From assembly GCA_963805085.1 (NCBI GenBank), contig CAWDTA010000004.1:192001-256000 (forward strand): DNA of 64,000 bases, written 5' to 3'. Of this stretch, positions 21,245-31,202 are shown piece after piece. Source of the stretch: an uncultured Veillonellaceae bacterium. GTDB lineage: Bacteria > Bacillota > Negativicutes > JARBTT01. Each line of letters opens with the position of its first letter. The first letter of the stretch is position 1. A program made the translations under genes and the position numbers. Below the pieces are notes generated by a model. That model ran no database searches and was not told the DNA's origin. It saw only the letters and a list, made by a program, of their open reading frames with translations.

Positions 21245-22711
21245 TTACAACAAAGGAGCGATCAGTCGATATACACCTTCTTGCATTCTCGCTAGCCGCC
21301 CTCGCTTATTATAATCTTCTGCAGTAAATCGACTTGCTATCCTTAAGTCATTACGAAAAATATCTGCGCAACGTTTGCTGATGCCGTTACCGTACATAAA
21401 GGAATTTACTTCGAAGTTTAAGGCAAAGCTTCGCATATCCATATTTGCTGAACCAATCGATACAATTTCTTCATCAATTAATAGCATTTTTGCATGAAGA
21501 AAGCCCGGGTAAAAAAAAACTTCAATTCCATAAGAGAGCAGCTCACCTAGATAAGAAATTGTCACTTTATGGGCAATGATATTATCCGTTTTAGAGGGTG
21601 CCATGATGGCGATCTTTATTCCTGACATCGCCGCAATTTTTAATGCTTCTAAGAAACAATCATCTGGCACAAAATATGGTGTCTGAATATAAATATAGTT
21701 TTTTGCCGTATAAATTAACTTAACAAAATTCCATTTAATTTCTTCTTCCATCGTATCTGGGCCACTGGAGACGATCTGCATTTTTGTACTGCCCTGTTTC
21801 GTAAACTTTGGAAAGAAGCATTCGATATCATCAAATTGATTACGATAACGATAATGCGTTGCAAAATGCCAGTCATCAATAAATCTCATCTGCAATAAAT
21901 ACACGCTGCTTCCCATAATTCGAAGATGCGTGTCACGCCACGGAGCATTCTCTTGTAATAGGCCCATATATTCATCACCAATATTCATCCCCCCCAAATA
22001 ACCTATCTTACCATCAATCACAACAATTTTACGATGATTACGAAAATTAATTCTCAGATAATTGCCAACATTAATCGGAAAGAACCTTTCTACCTGAGCA
22101 CCACTATCAAGTAATGGTTGAAAGGTATTTACTGGTGTTAACATACAGCCGGCATGATCATAAAGGACTCTGACTTTTACCCCTGCCTTCGCCTTTCGAG
22201 CCAATACCTGAATAATCATCCTGCCAATCCTATCATTGCGAATGATAAAGTAAAGCATATGGATGCTAGTTTTAGCGTTTTCAATATCCTGAATCAATTG
22301 GCGATACTTATCCTTTGCCGTAATAAAAATATCAACATCATTGTCTGTTGTATAATGATTATTTCCTATATTAAGATTCAGGTTAACAAATTGTTGATAA
22401 TCTCTTTCAATCTGCACTTCCTCTTTAAATTTATTTGCCTCATCACGTAACTCGATTTTCCGCATGATTTTTTTCACATATTGATTATCATTATGTCGTT
22501 TATCATCCAATGTTTTCTTTTTTCGCATCAATACATTGCTACCAAAAAGTAAATATAACATAAAGCCTACAACTGGTAAAAAGGTCAGCGTCAAAATCCA
22601 GCTCAAAGCCAACGTCGGATTTTTTCGCTCAATACACAAGGTAAAAACAACAAATACAAAATTTGCCCCTATAATAAAGACCAACCATATGTTCATACTA
22701 AAAAGATCCAT
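21245..22711 (-). CDS. cls: Cardiolipin synthase
   Basis: Two HKD motifs (NHRKIVVIDG, LHAKMLLIDE) and two N-terminal TM helices. Confidence 0.9.
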   Translation of the reverse strand: MDLFSMNIWLVFIIGANFVFVVFTLCIERKNPTLALSWILTLTFLPVVGFMLYLLFGSNVLMRKKKTLDDKRHNDNQYVKKIMRKIELRDEANKFKEEVQIERDYQQFVNLNLNIGNNHYTTDNDVDIFITAKDKYRQLIQDIENAKTSIHMLYFIIRNDRIGRMIIQVLARKAKAGVKVRVLYDHAGCMLTPVNTFQPLLDSGAQVERFFPINVGNYLRINFRNHRKIVVIDGKIGYLGGMNIGDEYMGLLQENAPWRDTHLRIMGSSVYLLQMRFIDDWHFATHYRYRNQFDDIECFFPKFTKQGSTKMQIVSSGPDTMEEEIKWNFVKLIYTAKNYIYIQTPYFVPDDCFLEALKIAAMSGIKIAIMAPSKTDNIIAHKVTISYLGELLSYGIEVFFYPGFLHAKMLLIDEEIVSIGSANMDMRSFALNFEVNSFMYGNGISKRCADIFRNDLRIASRFTAEDYNKRGRLARMQEGVYRLIAPLL

Positions 22712-22833
22712 ACAGTACGCTCCAATCATCTAGCGTTGTGATTACACTCTTACTATACAACGTATCCGATTTTGCTTAAAATATGCAAAAAGATAGCACT
22801 ACTTCAATCAAGCTGAAATGAGTGCTATCCTTT

Positions 22834-23430
22834 TTAGTTTTCAATGCCAAGGCGTGCTTCTATCCCTTTGGTGTAATAATGTTTTACCTCTTGCATCTCA
22901 GTTACCAAATCAGCACAATCTATAATTTCTCGTGGTGCACCGCGCCCCGTTAATACAACCTCAACAGTTGCTAACTTACTCGCCAAAATATCTTGCACAT
23001 CAGGTAGTGAAATGAGTCCAAAGAATAGCGCCACATTGATTTCATCCAAAATAACGATATCGTACTGCCCACTTGTTACAGCTTCCTTCGCTCTAACAAT
23101 GCCTGTTTTCATCAAAGCTAAATAATCAGCTGGCGGCTTACCGGGTGGAAACACCACAATATCATCGCCCCATTTTGCTAGTTCAGCTTTACTGAGCATC
23201 CCTTCCTTGACGATAAAAAATGGCTTACCAGTCGTTTCTAAGGTTAGATTATCAGATAAATTTACTAAGATCATATGTTCGCTATATATCTTACTTTTCA
23301 TAAATTGCAAAAATAGAATTCTCTTTCCTGCCCCTAAGGCACGAATTGCGAGTCCGATTGCTGCCGTTGTTTTCCCCTTACCATTGCCTGTATAAACTTG
23401 AATATAGCCTTGCAAACGATTCACCTCCAC
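22834..23430 (-). CDS. cobO: Cob(I)alamin adenosyltransferase, CobO/BtuR type
   Basis: YTGNGKGKTTAA, LDEINVA, VLTGR, ADLVTEM..VKHYY..G..AR.GIE. Confidence 0.88.
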   Translation of the reverse strand: MEVNRLQGYIQVYTGNGKGKTTAAIGLAIRALGAGKRILFLQFMKSKIYSEHMILVNLSDNLTLETTGKPFFIVKEGMLSKAELAKWGDDIVVFPPGKPPADYLALMKTGIVRAKEAVTSGQYDIVILDEINVALFFGLISLPDVQDILASKLATVEVVLTGRGAPREIIDCADLVTEMQEVKHYYTKGIEARLGIEN

Positions 23431-23437
23431 TCATAAA

Positions 23438-24718
23438 TTAAAGAACTTGCATGACAAAGAATATAAAAAATCCTAGTAATGCGCCAACGATAGAACCATT
23501 CATTCGAATCCATGTCAGATCTTGATCTACTTTAGAATAAATGAGCTCATTGAGTTCTTCATCACTCAGTTCCTTCATCACTTCATTTACAATAACTCCA
23601 ATTAAAGCTTGCGCTTGCAGTACAATTCGGCCGACAAGATCATATAAATAGGCTTCAATTTCTTGATTTACGTCATCATCATTCTTTAAGATTGCTAAGC
23701 CCCGATCAATCTCATCTGTGACAAATTTTGCAATTGGTGATTGAAATGCGAGGTTACTTCCCATTTCTGTACTCGGGCAACGCTTACAAAGTTCCACCAT
23801 CCGTTCAATAAAGCTTGCCAATTCAGCCTGCAATGAAAGATTTTCTATAATACCAGTTTGCCAGACGTGTATCATGTTCTGCCAACTACTATCTACTAGT
23901 AATTCATCCATCGAATCTTTGATCTTCACAAATAACCATTGACGCAGTGGATTATCTTCATTCTCTAGGTCTTCAACAAATTTTAATAATTGTTCATCCA
24001 CTACCTCTGCCGCTTCTTCATAGTTGATGATATCTGTCTTTTGCGCAGCGAAAGCAACGAGTGCAAATAAAAGATTCTTACTTTGCTCTTCGACATAGCG
24101 TTCAATATAGTCAGAAATTTTTTGTTTGGTTTCTTCTCCTTTAAGTAAAATTTTCAGTTCGGCAAGAAGATAATTGAACAACTGTTCCTCTTTCTGATGA
24201 TCGATCGCCCATTGCCATAGATTCCTTGATAAATCTTCTAACGGAATTTTTTGCAAACTACCTTTTACCTCTTGTTCCAATTTAAGCGCAATTTCTTCAG
24301 CATCAATTTTCATCAACGATTGCTCGATAAATTCGATCATAAGACCAGAGAACAATTCTTTGCCTTGATTTTGTTCTACCCAAAGGAGTATCATATCCAC
24401 TAAACTTACTTTCTTTAATCTGATCATGAGTTTTTTCTTAGAAAAAAATTCATTTTGTACCATCGCCACACAAGCCTGAATCAGCATTTCACGCTTACGG
24501 GGAATAAGCTCTGTATGATAAGAAAAACCTAACGGTTTTTTAAATAAGGCGGTGACTGCAAACCAATCGGCAATTCCCCCAACCAAAGCAGCTTCCGTAC
24601 AAAAGAATGCGCCTTCGATAAACACACTATGCTGATACTGTATTTTTAAAAATAGCACTACGATAAATAATATGAAAATAGTGCCAAGTAGGCGATCTGC
24701 TTTATTGAATTGATTCAT
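23438..24718 (-). CDS. DUF445 family membrane protein
   Basis: GGIADWFAVTALFKKP and DLTWIRMNGSIVG. Confidence 0.85.
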   Translation of the reverse strand: MNQFNKADRLLGTIFILFIVVLFLKIQYQHSVFIEGAFFCTEAALVGGIADWFAVTALFKKPLGFSYHTELIPRKREMLIQACVAMVQNEFFSKKKLMIRLKKVSLVDMILLWVEQNQGKELFSGLMIEFIEQSLMKIDAEEIALKLEQEVKGSLQKIPLEDLSRNLWQWAIDHQKEEQLFNYLLAELKILLKGEETKQKISDYIERYVEEQSKNLLFALVAFAAQKTDIINYEEAAEVVDEQLLKFVEDLENEDNPLRQWLFVKIKDSMDELLVDSSWQNMIHVWQTGIIENLSLQAELASFIERMVELCKRCPSTEMGSNLAFQSPIAKFVTDEIDRGLAILKNDDDVNQEIEAYLYDLVGRIVLQAQALIGVIVNEVMKELSDEELNELIYSKVDQDLTWIRMNGSIVGALLGFFIFFVMQVL

Positions 24719-24719
24719 C

Positions 24720-25970
24720 TTAGCACCATACCCTTTCTGCTAGGTAAGTAATCACATATAGTAACATGCCTACTAAACCACCGATCAAAGAGCCATTAAT
24801 CCGGATCATTTGCAAATCATCGCCGACTCTATTTTCAATAAAGTTAACCAACGCCTCATTGGAAAATTCGTTTAATCGTTCTTGCATAATTTTCACAATC
24901 ATATCATGTTGCTCGGTAATAAATATCTCTAGATATGCTTTAATTTTTGTATCCACTATCGCCTGTACTCGGGTGCTTTTCTTTAATTCTACTACTTTTT
25001 CATCAATAAATTTATCAATATGACTTGGAGTAGCCAACGATTTATCGATAGCTACTGGCTGCAAAATTGTGTGAATATACGAGCTTACCTTCTCACCGAT
25101 ATTTAATTTTTCAGTAATTATTTTTTCTTGATAATATTTAATCAGCTCTTGAAAACTAAGATTAGCATCTAATGTTACAACCATCCCTTTTAAAGATCGT
25201 TTTAACTGTACCCGCAGTTTATGATCGCTTGCATGCAACGACTCTAGATATTTGATGATTTCTTTTTGTGCCATTGCCGCCAAACGATCCGAGGATATCG
25301 CAAAAACCATACTAGCTATTTGCCTGCGTTTGCTACTACCTTCATATTCTTCTTTAGCTTTTTCAATTAAGAAAGCTAGATTTTTCTTCATCTCTTCTTC
25401 ACGAATGATCAAAATTAACTCATCTAAAATAAAATTTACAATAGTTTCATCATAATGATGCTCAATTGACCAGATCAAACTCGTTTGCAGCACAGGAATT
25501 AAATTGATATCTTTTGCTCCATCTTTTACAACCCTTTCTACCAATACACCGATTGCTTGGCCATCCACATTATGTAATAGAGCTGTGCTAAGCTGCTGCG
25601 CTAATACCTTTACCTTTGTTTGCCCATTGTTTTCTTCCAAGTATTTGATAACCATTTCGCTCGTATCGTATTGCTGAACAACATTCATAATGTTCATCGG
25701 ATTTAATAAATCCTTACTCACAAAAACGATCATTTCATTAAAAATCCGTTGACGATTACGCGGAATAATTTCTGTTCGATAAACGATTCCTAATGGTCTA
25801 CGAAACAAAGCAGTAATCGCAAACCAATCCGCCAGACCGCCAATCATAGCTGCCAAAAAACCACTATAAATCAATCCTCCCCAAAAACTCGCATGATAGG
25901 GGTAGGTAAATAGACATCCAACCATACTAATTGTGAGTGCGACTGTTGCTTTATACTTTTTTGTAAGCAT
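24720..25970 (-). CDS. DUF445 family membrane protein
   Basis: GGLADWFAITALFRRP and DLQMIRINGSLIGG; likely start MLTKKYK at 25970. Confidence 0.85.
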   Translation of the reverse strand: MLTKKYKATVALTISMVGCLFTYPYHASFWGGLIYSGFLAAMIGGLADWFAITALFRRPLGIVYRTEIIPRNRQRIFNEMIVFVSKDLLNPMNIMNVVQQYDTSEMVIKYLEENNGQTKVKVLAQQLSTALLHNVDGQAIGVLVERVVKDGAKDINLIPVLQTSLIWSIEHHYDETIVNFILDELILIIREEEMKKNLAFLIEKAKEEYEGSSKRRQIASMVFAISSDRLAAMAQKEIIKYLESLHASDHKLRVQLKRSLKGMVVTLDANLSFQELIKYYQEKIITEKLNIGEKVSSYIHTILQPVAIDKSLATPSHIDKFIDEKVVELKKSTRVQAIVDTKIKAYLEIFITEQHDMIVKIMQERLNEFSNEALVNFIENRVGDDLQMIRINGSLIGGLVGMLLYVITYLAERVWC

Positions 25971-26058
25971 ATTATCACTTCCTGTAAAATAAAATATCCA
26001 TAATAGATTACTTCTATTATGGATATAGTTACTCCTACATAAAATCAACAAATTTTAT

Positions 26059-27300
26059 CTAAGCATTGAAATTTTTTTCATAAGATTCATTAAACTGTTC
26101 TTTTGTTAACTCTTTTTCCCAACACGCCACTACAATAGTAGCGACACAATTTCCTAATACATTACACAAGGTACGAATCATATCTAATATTCTATCAATA
26201 CCAAGAATAATGGCAATGCCATCGGCTGGTAAGCCAAATGCAGTAGCGGTTGCCGCAATAACAATAAAGGAAGCCCCGGGTACCCCAGCAATTCCTTTTG
26301 TCGATAACATCAAGCTTAGCATAATCAGCAATTGTTGTCCCAATGGAATATCGACACCATATATCTGGGCAATAAAGATCAGTGCTAAGGCACTGTACAA
26401 GGTAGAACCATCTAAATTAAAAGAATATCCCGTTGGGATAACAAAAGTTACAATATGCTTTGGTACGCCTACTTCTTCTAACCGTTGCATTACCAAAGGC
26501 AAAGCAGCTTCACTACTCGCTGTAGAAAAGGCTAGTATCAATGGTTCTCTAAGGGCTTTTATTAAATGGAATAAATTAATTTTAGTAATGATCGATGCAC
26601 AGATAATTAACACCAATAAAAACGCCGAAACAGCAACAACCAATGAAATAAATAATTTTCCTAACGGGATTAACATCGCTAAACCGAAATTACCGATCGT
26701 GTAAGAAATCATTGCGAAAATACCAATTGGTGCAAGTCTCATCACATAGTGCGTCACTTTAAACATAGCTTCGGCAATACTACGGCAAACATTGACAATA
26801 ATTTCTCCATCTTTACCAATATGTGCTACGCCAACGCCAAAAAAGCAAGTAAAGAAAATGATTTGTAGCATATCGGCTCGAACACAAGCATCCACAACAT
26901 TGGTAGGGATAATGTGAAGAATATATTCTACCATATCAATTGGTTTATTCGCTGCCATTTGTGTACTGCCATCTGCTGGTAACGGAATGTTCACCCCAAT
27001 ACCTGGTTCGATGAGATTCACAGTAAGCAGACCAATGGCAAGCGCCACTGTAGTTGCTATTTCAAACCAAATGATCGCTTTACCGCCCAAACGGCCTAAT
27101 TTTTTAAAATCACCGGTCCCAGCAATTCCCATAACTAAAGTAGTAAAGATCAATGGTACCACAATCATTTTTATCATGCGGATAAATGCGTCACCTAAAG
27201 GCTTTAGCTTCGCACCTATTTCTGGGAAAAAATATCCGAATAAGGCTCCCAAAACTAAGCCTAAAAAAATCTGTGCACTAAGGCCAAACTTTTTTTTCAT
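26059..27300 (-). CDS. Dicarboxylate/amino acid:cation symporter (DAACS, GltP/GltT-like), copy 1
   Basis: AFSTASSEA, GYSFNLDG, KGIAGVPG, DRILDM.RT..NV.GN. Confidence 0.9.
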   Translation of the reverse strand: MKKKFGLSAQIFLGLVLGALFGYFFPEIGAKLKPLGDAFIRMIKMIVVPLIFTTLVMGIAGTGDFKKLGRLGGKAIIWFEIATTVALAIGLLTVNLIEPGIGVNIPLPADGSTQMAANKPIDMVEYILHIIPTNVVDACVRADMLQIIFFTCFFGVGVAHIGKDGEIIVNVCRSIAEAMFKVTHYVMRLAPIGIFAMISYTIGNFGLAMLIPLGKLFISLVVAVSAFLLVLIICASIITKINLFHLIKALREPLILAFSTASSEAALPLVMQRLEEVGVPKHIVTFVIPTGYSFNLDGSTLYSALALIFIAQIYGVDIPLGQQLLIMLSLMLSTKGIAGVPGASFIVIAATATAFGLPADGIAIILGIDRILDMIRTLCNVLGNCVATIVVACWEKELTKEQFNESYEKNFNA

Positions 27301-27522
27301 ATTGTATCCTCCCAACATTACTTTAAAATATATTAATAGTTTCTTGTATTTTTATAGAAAAATACAATGGTATGTCTAATTTCATACGATTCATCATAAA
27401 TTATATATATATATTAAATACTTTTTCAGTGTTTTCTTTTATCATTATAGAAAAAAAGACCCTATTGATAACACTTTGGCTAAGCATCATCAATAGGGTT
27501 TCATCTTCACTAAAAATTCTAC

Positions 27523-28770
27523 TTAAGCGTTAAAATTCTTTTCATATGCATCGTTGAAAGCTTCGACCGTTAAATCTTTTTCCCAACGAGCTACCACTAC
27601 AGTAGCAATACAGTTACCAAAAACGTTACAACAAGTACGAACCATGTCTAAGATACGGTCAACGCCAAGAACAATTGCTACGCCATCGGCTGGTAAGCCA
27701 AACGCAGTAGCAGTAGCAGCTACAACAATAAAGCCTGCCCCTGGTACACCGGCAATTCCTTTGGTCGATAACATCAACGTTACCATCATTAATAACTGTT
27801 GGCCTAATGATAAATCTATTCCATAAATTTGCGCAATAAAAATTACCGTTAAAGAACTATATAAAGTCGAGCCATCTAAATTAAAAGAATATCCCGTCGG
27901 CATAACAAAAGTTACAATATTTTTAGGTACCCCCAGTTGTTCTAACCGTTGCATTGCGATTGGCAATGCAGCCTCACTACTAGCCGTAGAAAAGGCAAGT
28001 AATAAAGCTTCTTTTACGCCTTTTACAACATGAATAAAATTAATTCCGGTAATCATTGATGCACTGGCAAGCAGTATCGCTAAAAAGACTATGGTTGCCC
28101 CAATCAATGATAAAATCAATTTTCCTAGTGGAATCAACATACCAACGCCAAAACTACCTACCGTATAAGCAATCATAGCAAAAATACCAATTGGCGCTAA
28201 GCGCATTACATAATGTGTTACTTTAAACATTGCTTCAGCGATGCTACGGCAGAAATTTACGATAATCTCTGAATCCTTGCCGATATGTGCTACACCAACA
28301 CCAAAGAAACACGTAAAGAAGATAATTTGTAACATATCATTACGAGAACAAGCATCCACAATATTAGTTGGAATAATATGTAAAACATATTCTACCATGT
28401 CAATTGATTTTTTAGCAGTAGCAGCCGCTTGCGCACTTGCATCCGCTGGCACTGGGATGTTTACACCAACGCCTGGTTCTATAAGATTCACAGCAATAAG
28501 ACCTACTGCAAGAGCTACTGTAGTTGCGACCTCAAACCAAATAATTGCCTTACCACCTAGGCGACCTAATTTTTTAAAATCACCAGTGCCGGCAATCCCC
28601 ATTACCAATGTACTAAAAATTAATGGTACAACGATCATTTTAATCATACGGACGAAACCATCGCCAACTGGTTTTAACTTAGCACCTATTTCCGGAAAAA
28701 AATAACCAAATAATGCCCCAATAATCAACCCTAAAAGAATCTGTGTGCTAAGACCAATTTTTTTATTCAT
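27523..28770 (-). CDS. DAACS glutamate/aspartate symporter, copy 2
   Basis: Same motifs; closely similar tandem paralog of copy 1. Confidence 0.9.
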   Translation of the reverse strand: MNKKIGLSTQILLGLIIGALFGYFFPEIGAKLKPVGDGFVRMIKMIVVPLIFSTLVMGIAGTGDFKKLGRLGGKAIIWFEVATTVALAVGLIAVNLIEPGVGVNIPVPADASAQAAATAKKSIDMVEYVLHIIPTNIVDACSRNDMLQIIFFTCFFGVGVAHIGKDSEIIVNFCRSIAEAMFKVTHYVMRLAPIGIFAMIAYTVGSFGVGMLIPLGKLILSLIGATIVFLAILLASASMITGINFIHVVKGVKEALLLAFSTASSEAALPIAMQRLEQLGVPKNIVTFVMPTGYSFNLDGSTLYSSLTVIFIAQIYGIDLSLGQQLLMMVTLMLSTKGIAGVPGAGFIVVAATATAFGLPADGVAIVLGVDRILDMVRTCCNVFGNCIATVVVARWEKDLTVEAFNDAYEKNFNA

Positions 28771-29153
28771 TTTGCATCCCCCTAGTAGTATTTTTGTATT
28801 TTTTATACTTTATTTTTGGCTATTCTATTTGAGCAATTTAATTATAAATTACATCAATATAGAATTGGTCACTCAAGTTAATTATTATATAGATGACCAT
28901 ATATTTTGTCAATAAAATTACGTATGTATACAATATGTAATATACAATAATTATTATATCTCATATATTAATTATTGTATACATATAATCGCAATTTTTT
29001 AAATATTTAAAAATCATTTTATTGTACTTACGTATCACTAAATAGTATTGCAAAATTTCATCTAAACTAAAAAGACTTCCACAAAATAATTGCAGAAGTC
29101 TCCGACTGAGATTCAATAAGTTTATTTACAGCATCTCATTAATTTAGTTTATA

Positions 29154-29672
29154 TTATTCATGATGGTGATGTCCACCACAACAACCGCCACCATGCGTAT
29201 GACCTTGACTATGTCCACCACCACAGACATGACGAACTCCATTTTCTAGTTTGATTTTTTTCAAACTTTTGCATTTCGGACATTCAATTTCATAACCATG
29301 TTTACCACCTTCCTCGCAAGGTGGCACCTCCCATACATGTTGACATTCTTGACATTCAAATGTTCTGTTAGCCATTTTATAATTTCCCCCTTCTATTAAT
29401 ATGGTACGGCCTTCCACCAGAGCAACTGCAAACTTTTCTCTAGCAGACTGTAAAATTCGTTGAAACGTCGGTCGAGATAATCTCATCACCTCTGCCGCAC
29501 CAGCTTGATCTAGGCCTTGATAATCTTTTAAGCGTATTGCTTCAAATTCTTCGAAATGGATAACTACAGCAGCCTTGTCAGCACCAATATCACTGGAAAA
29601 TTTTCGGCATTCGGGTAAATCGTCAATCAATCCACAGCATCGTAATCTTGCCAACATTACCATTCCCTTCAT
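29154..29672 (-). CDS. DUF134 HTH protein with C-terminal Cys4 zinc-ribbon and His/Cys-rich tail
   Basis: EEFEAIRLKDYQGLDQ..AA..M.LSRPTFQRIL.SAR.K.A.ALVEG; CQEC..CPKC; HVCGGGHSQGHTHGGGCCGGHHHHE. Confidence 0.8.
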   Translation of the reverse strand: MKGMVMLARLRCCGLIDDLPECRKFSSDIGADKAAVVIHFEEFEAIRLKDYQGLDQAGAAEVMRLSRPTFQRILQSAREKFAVALVEGRTILIEGGNYKMANRTFECQECQHVWEVPPCEEGGKHGYEIECPKCKSLKKIKLENGVRHVCGGGHSQGHTHGGGCCGGHHHHE

Positions 29673-29673
29673 T

Positions 29674-29687
29674 TGAGCATATGCTCA
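29674..29687. promoter_or_regulatory. Palindromic operator upstream of the DUF134 gene
   Basis: Perfect 14-bp palindrome TGAGCATATGCTCA just downstream of a minus-strand TATACT -10. Confidence 0.55.
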
Positions 29688-29798
29688 TTATTAGTATATA
29701 CCGACTCTTTTACTTTTACAAGTAAATCTTATATAAATCTAAAAAAATGGGGGTTACTGCCGTTTTCATGGCGATAACTCCCATTCTTTTAGATTATT

Positions 29799-31022
29799 TT
29801 ATTTTTCTTTATGGATAATTTTCGCTACCTTCGGTGCTCGAATCACTGCCGTTCTAGGAATATCTGTACCTAGTAATGGCATGATATATTCTCTAAATTC
29901 TGAGGTTACATCATTGCCCTCTGCATTGATAAATTTATCTGGCATCGTTTGTGTAAGTCCGGCAACCTCCTGAATTGGTAATATAGTGTACTGAACGGCG
30001 TAATTACCAATACGTTCAATACAAACAGAACCTGATTTTCCCTGCCGAGCAGCAAATTGTACTGCTTTTTCGCCAACCTCACGTGCTTCATCTTGGTCAA
30101 CGTCAGATACATTTCCTAAGAAACAACGTTGGATATACCCAAACGTATCGGCACGTACTCTTTTAATATTTAATTTAGCCTTGATGGTCTCAGCAAGAAG
30201 ATTACCAAGCGCGCCATTGCCGGAAATATTAACATTGCCATGGGCATCTAATTCTAAACTTTTCATATGTTTCGTTACAATTGCGACGCCTTCTGCATCA
30301 ACAATGCCTTCTGAAACCGCAATCACACAACGACCTAATCGATCATAAACCCGTTTAACATCTGCTAAAAAAGTTTCCATATCAAAATGTCGTTCTGGTA
30401 AATAGATCAAATGCGGGCCATCACCAGGGAATTTTCTCGCCGCACTTGCCGATGCTGTTAAGAAGCCTGCATGTCTCCCCATGATAACCCCAACATAAAT
30501 ACCGCCGAGCGCTTTCATATCTAAATTGATACCAGAAAACGCCTGCATCACGAACCGAGCTGCTGAACCGTAACCTGGTGTATGGTCATTGCCCAGCAAA
30601 TCATTATCAATTGTTTTTGGTACGTGAATCGCGCGAAGAGCATATCCCTCTACTTCAGCGTATTCATTAACAATTCTTACCGTATCAGATGAATCATTGC
30701 CGCCAATATAGAAAAAATAACGAATTTCGTGCGCTTTTAGCACTTTAAAAATTTCACGACAATACGCTTTATCAGGTCTTACACGAGTTGATAATAACGC
30801 TGATGATGGAGTCATTGCTACATCATTTAAGTTACGAGTTGTTTCTTGTGTTAAGTCAACTAAATCTTCGTTGACGATACCTTCAACACCTCGAATTGCA
30901 CCATAAACCCGCGTAATTTCAGGGTGTCTTTTCGCTTCCTCAACAATACCAACCAAGCTTTGATTAATCACTGCAGTTGGGCCACCACCTTGAGCAACTA
31001 CCGCCTTACCTATTAAAGTCAT
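29799..31022 (-). CDS. 6-phosphofructokinase, probably PPi-dependent
   Basis: QGGGPTAVIN, GGNDS (Asp at the phosphoryl-donor position), PKTIDND, MGRHAG. Confidence 0.85.
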   Translation of the reverse strand: MTLIGKAVVAQGGGPTAVINQSLVGIVEEAKRHPEITRVYGAIRGVEGIVNEDLVDLTQETTRNLNDVAMTPSSALLSTRVRPDKAYCREIFKVLKAHEIRYFFYIGGNDSSDTVRIVNEYAEVEGYALRAIHVPKTIDNDLLGNDHTPGYGSAARFVMQAFSGINLDMKALGGIYVGVIMGRHAGFLTASASAARKFPGDGPHLIYLPERHFDMETFLADVKRVYDRLGRCVIAVSEGIVDAEGVAIVTKHMKSLELDAHGNVNISGNGALGNLLAETIKAKLNIKRVRADTFGYIQRCFLGNVSDVDQDEAREVGEKAVQFAARQGKSGSVCIERIGNYAVQYTILPIQEVAGLTQTMPDKFINAEGNDVTSEFREYIMPLLGTDIPRTAVIRAPKVAKIIHKEK

Positions 31023-31202
31023 TTTTGCCTCCTAAATATTTTATCATACTCATAAAAACTTTTGTGTTCTTATTATACTAATTTAACGCTGCAGTTTCTA
31101 GCCTTTTCTGGAGATTTTAACTAAATTATTTTTACAATTGTCTTTATATTTTGTAATTTCATCAAAGAGCCAACCCTTTCAAATTGAACGGTTGGCTCTT
31201 TA

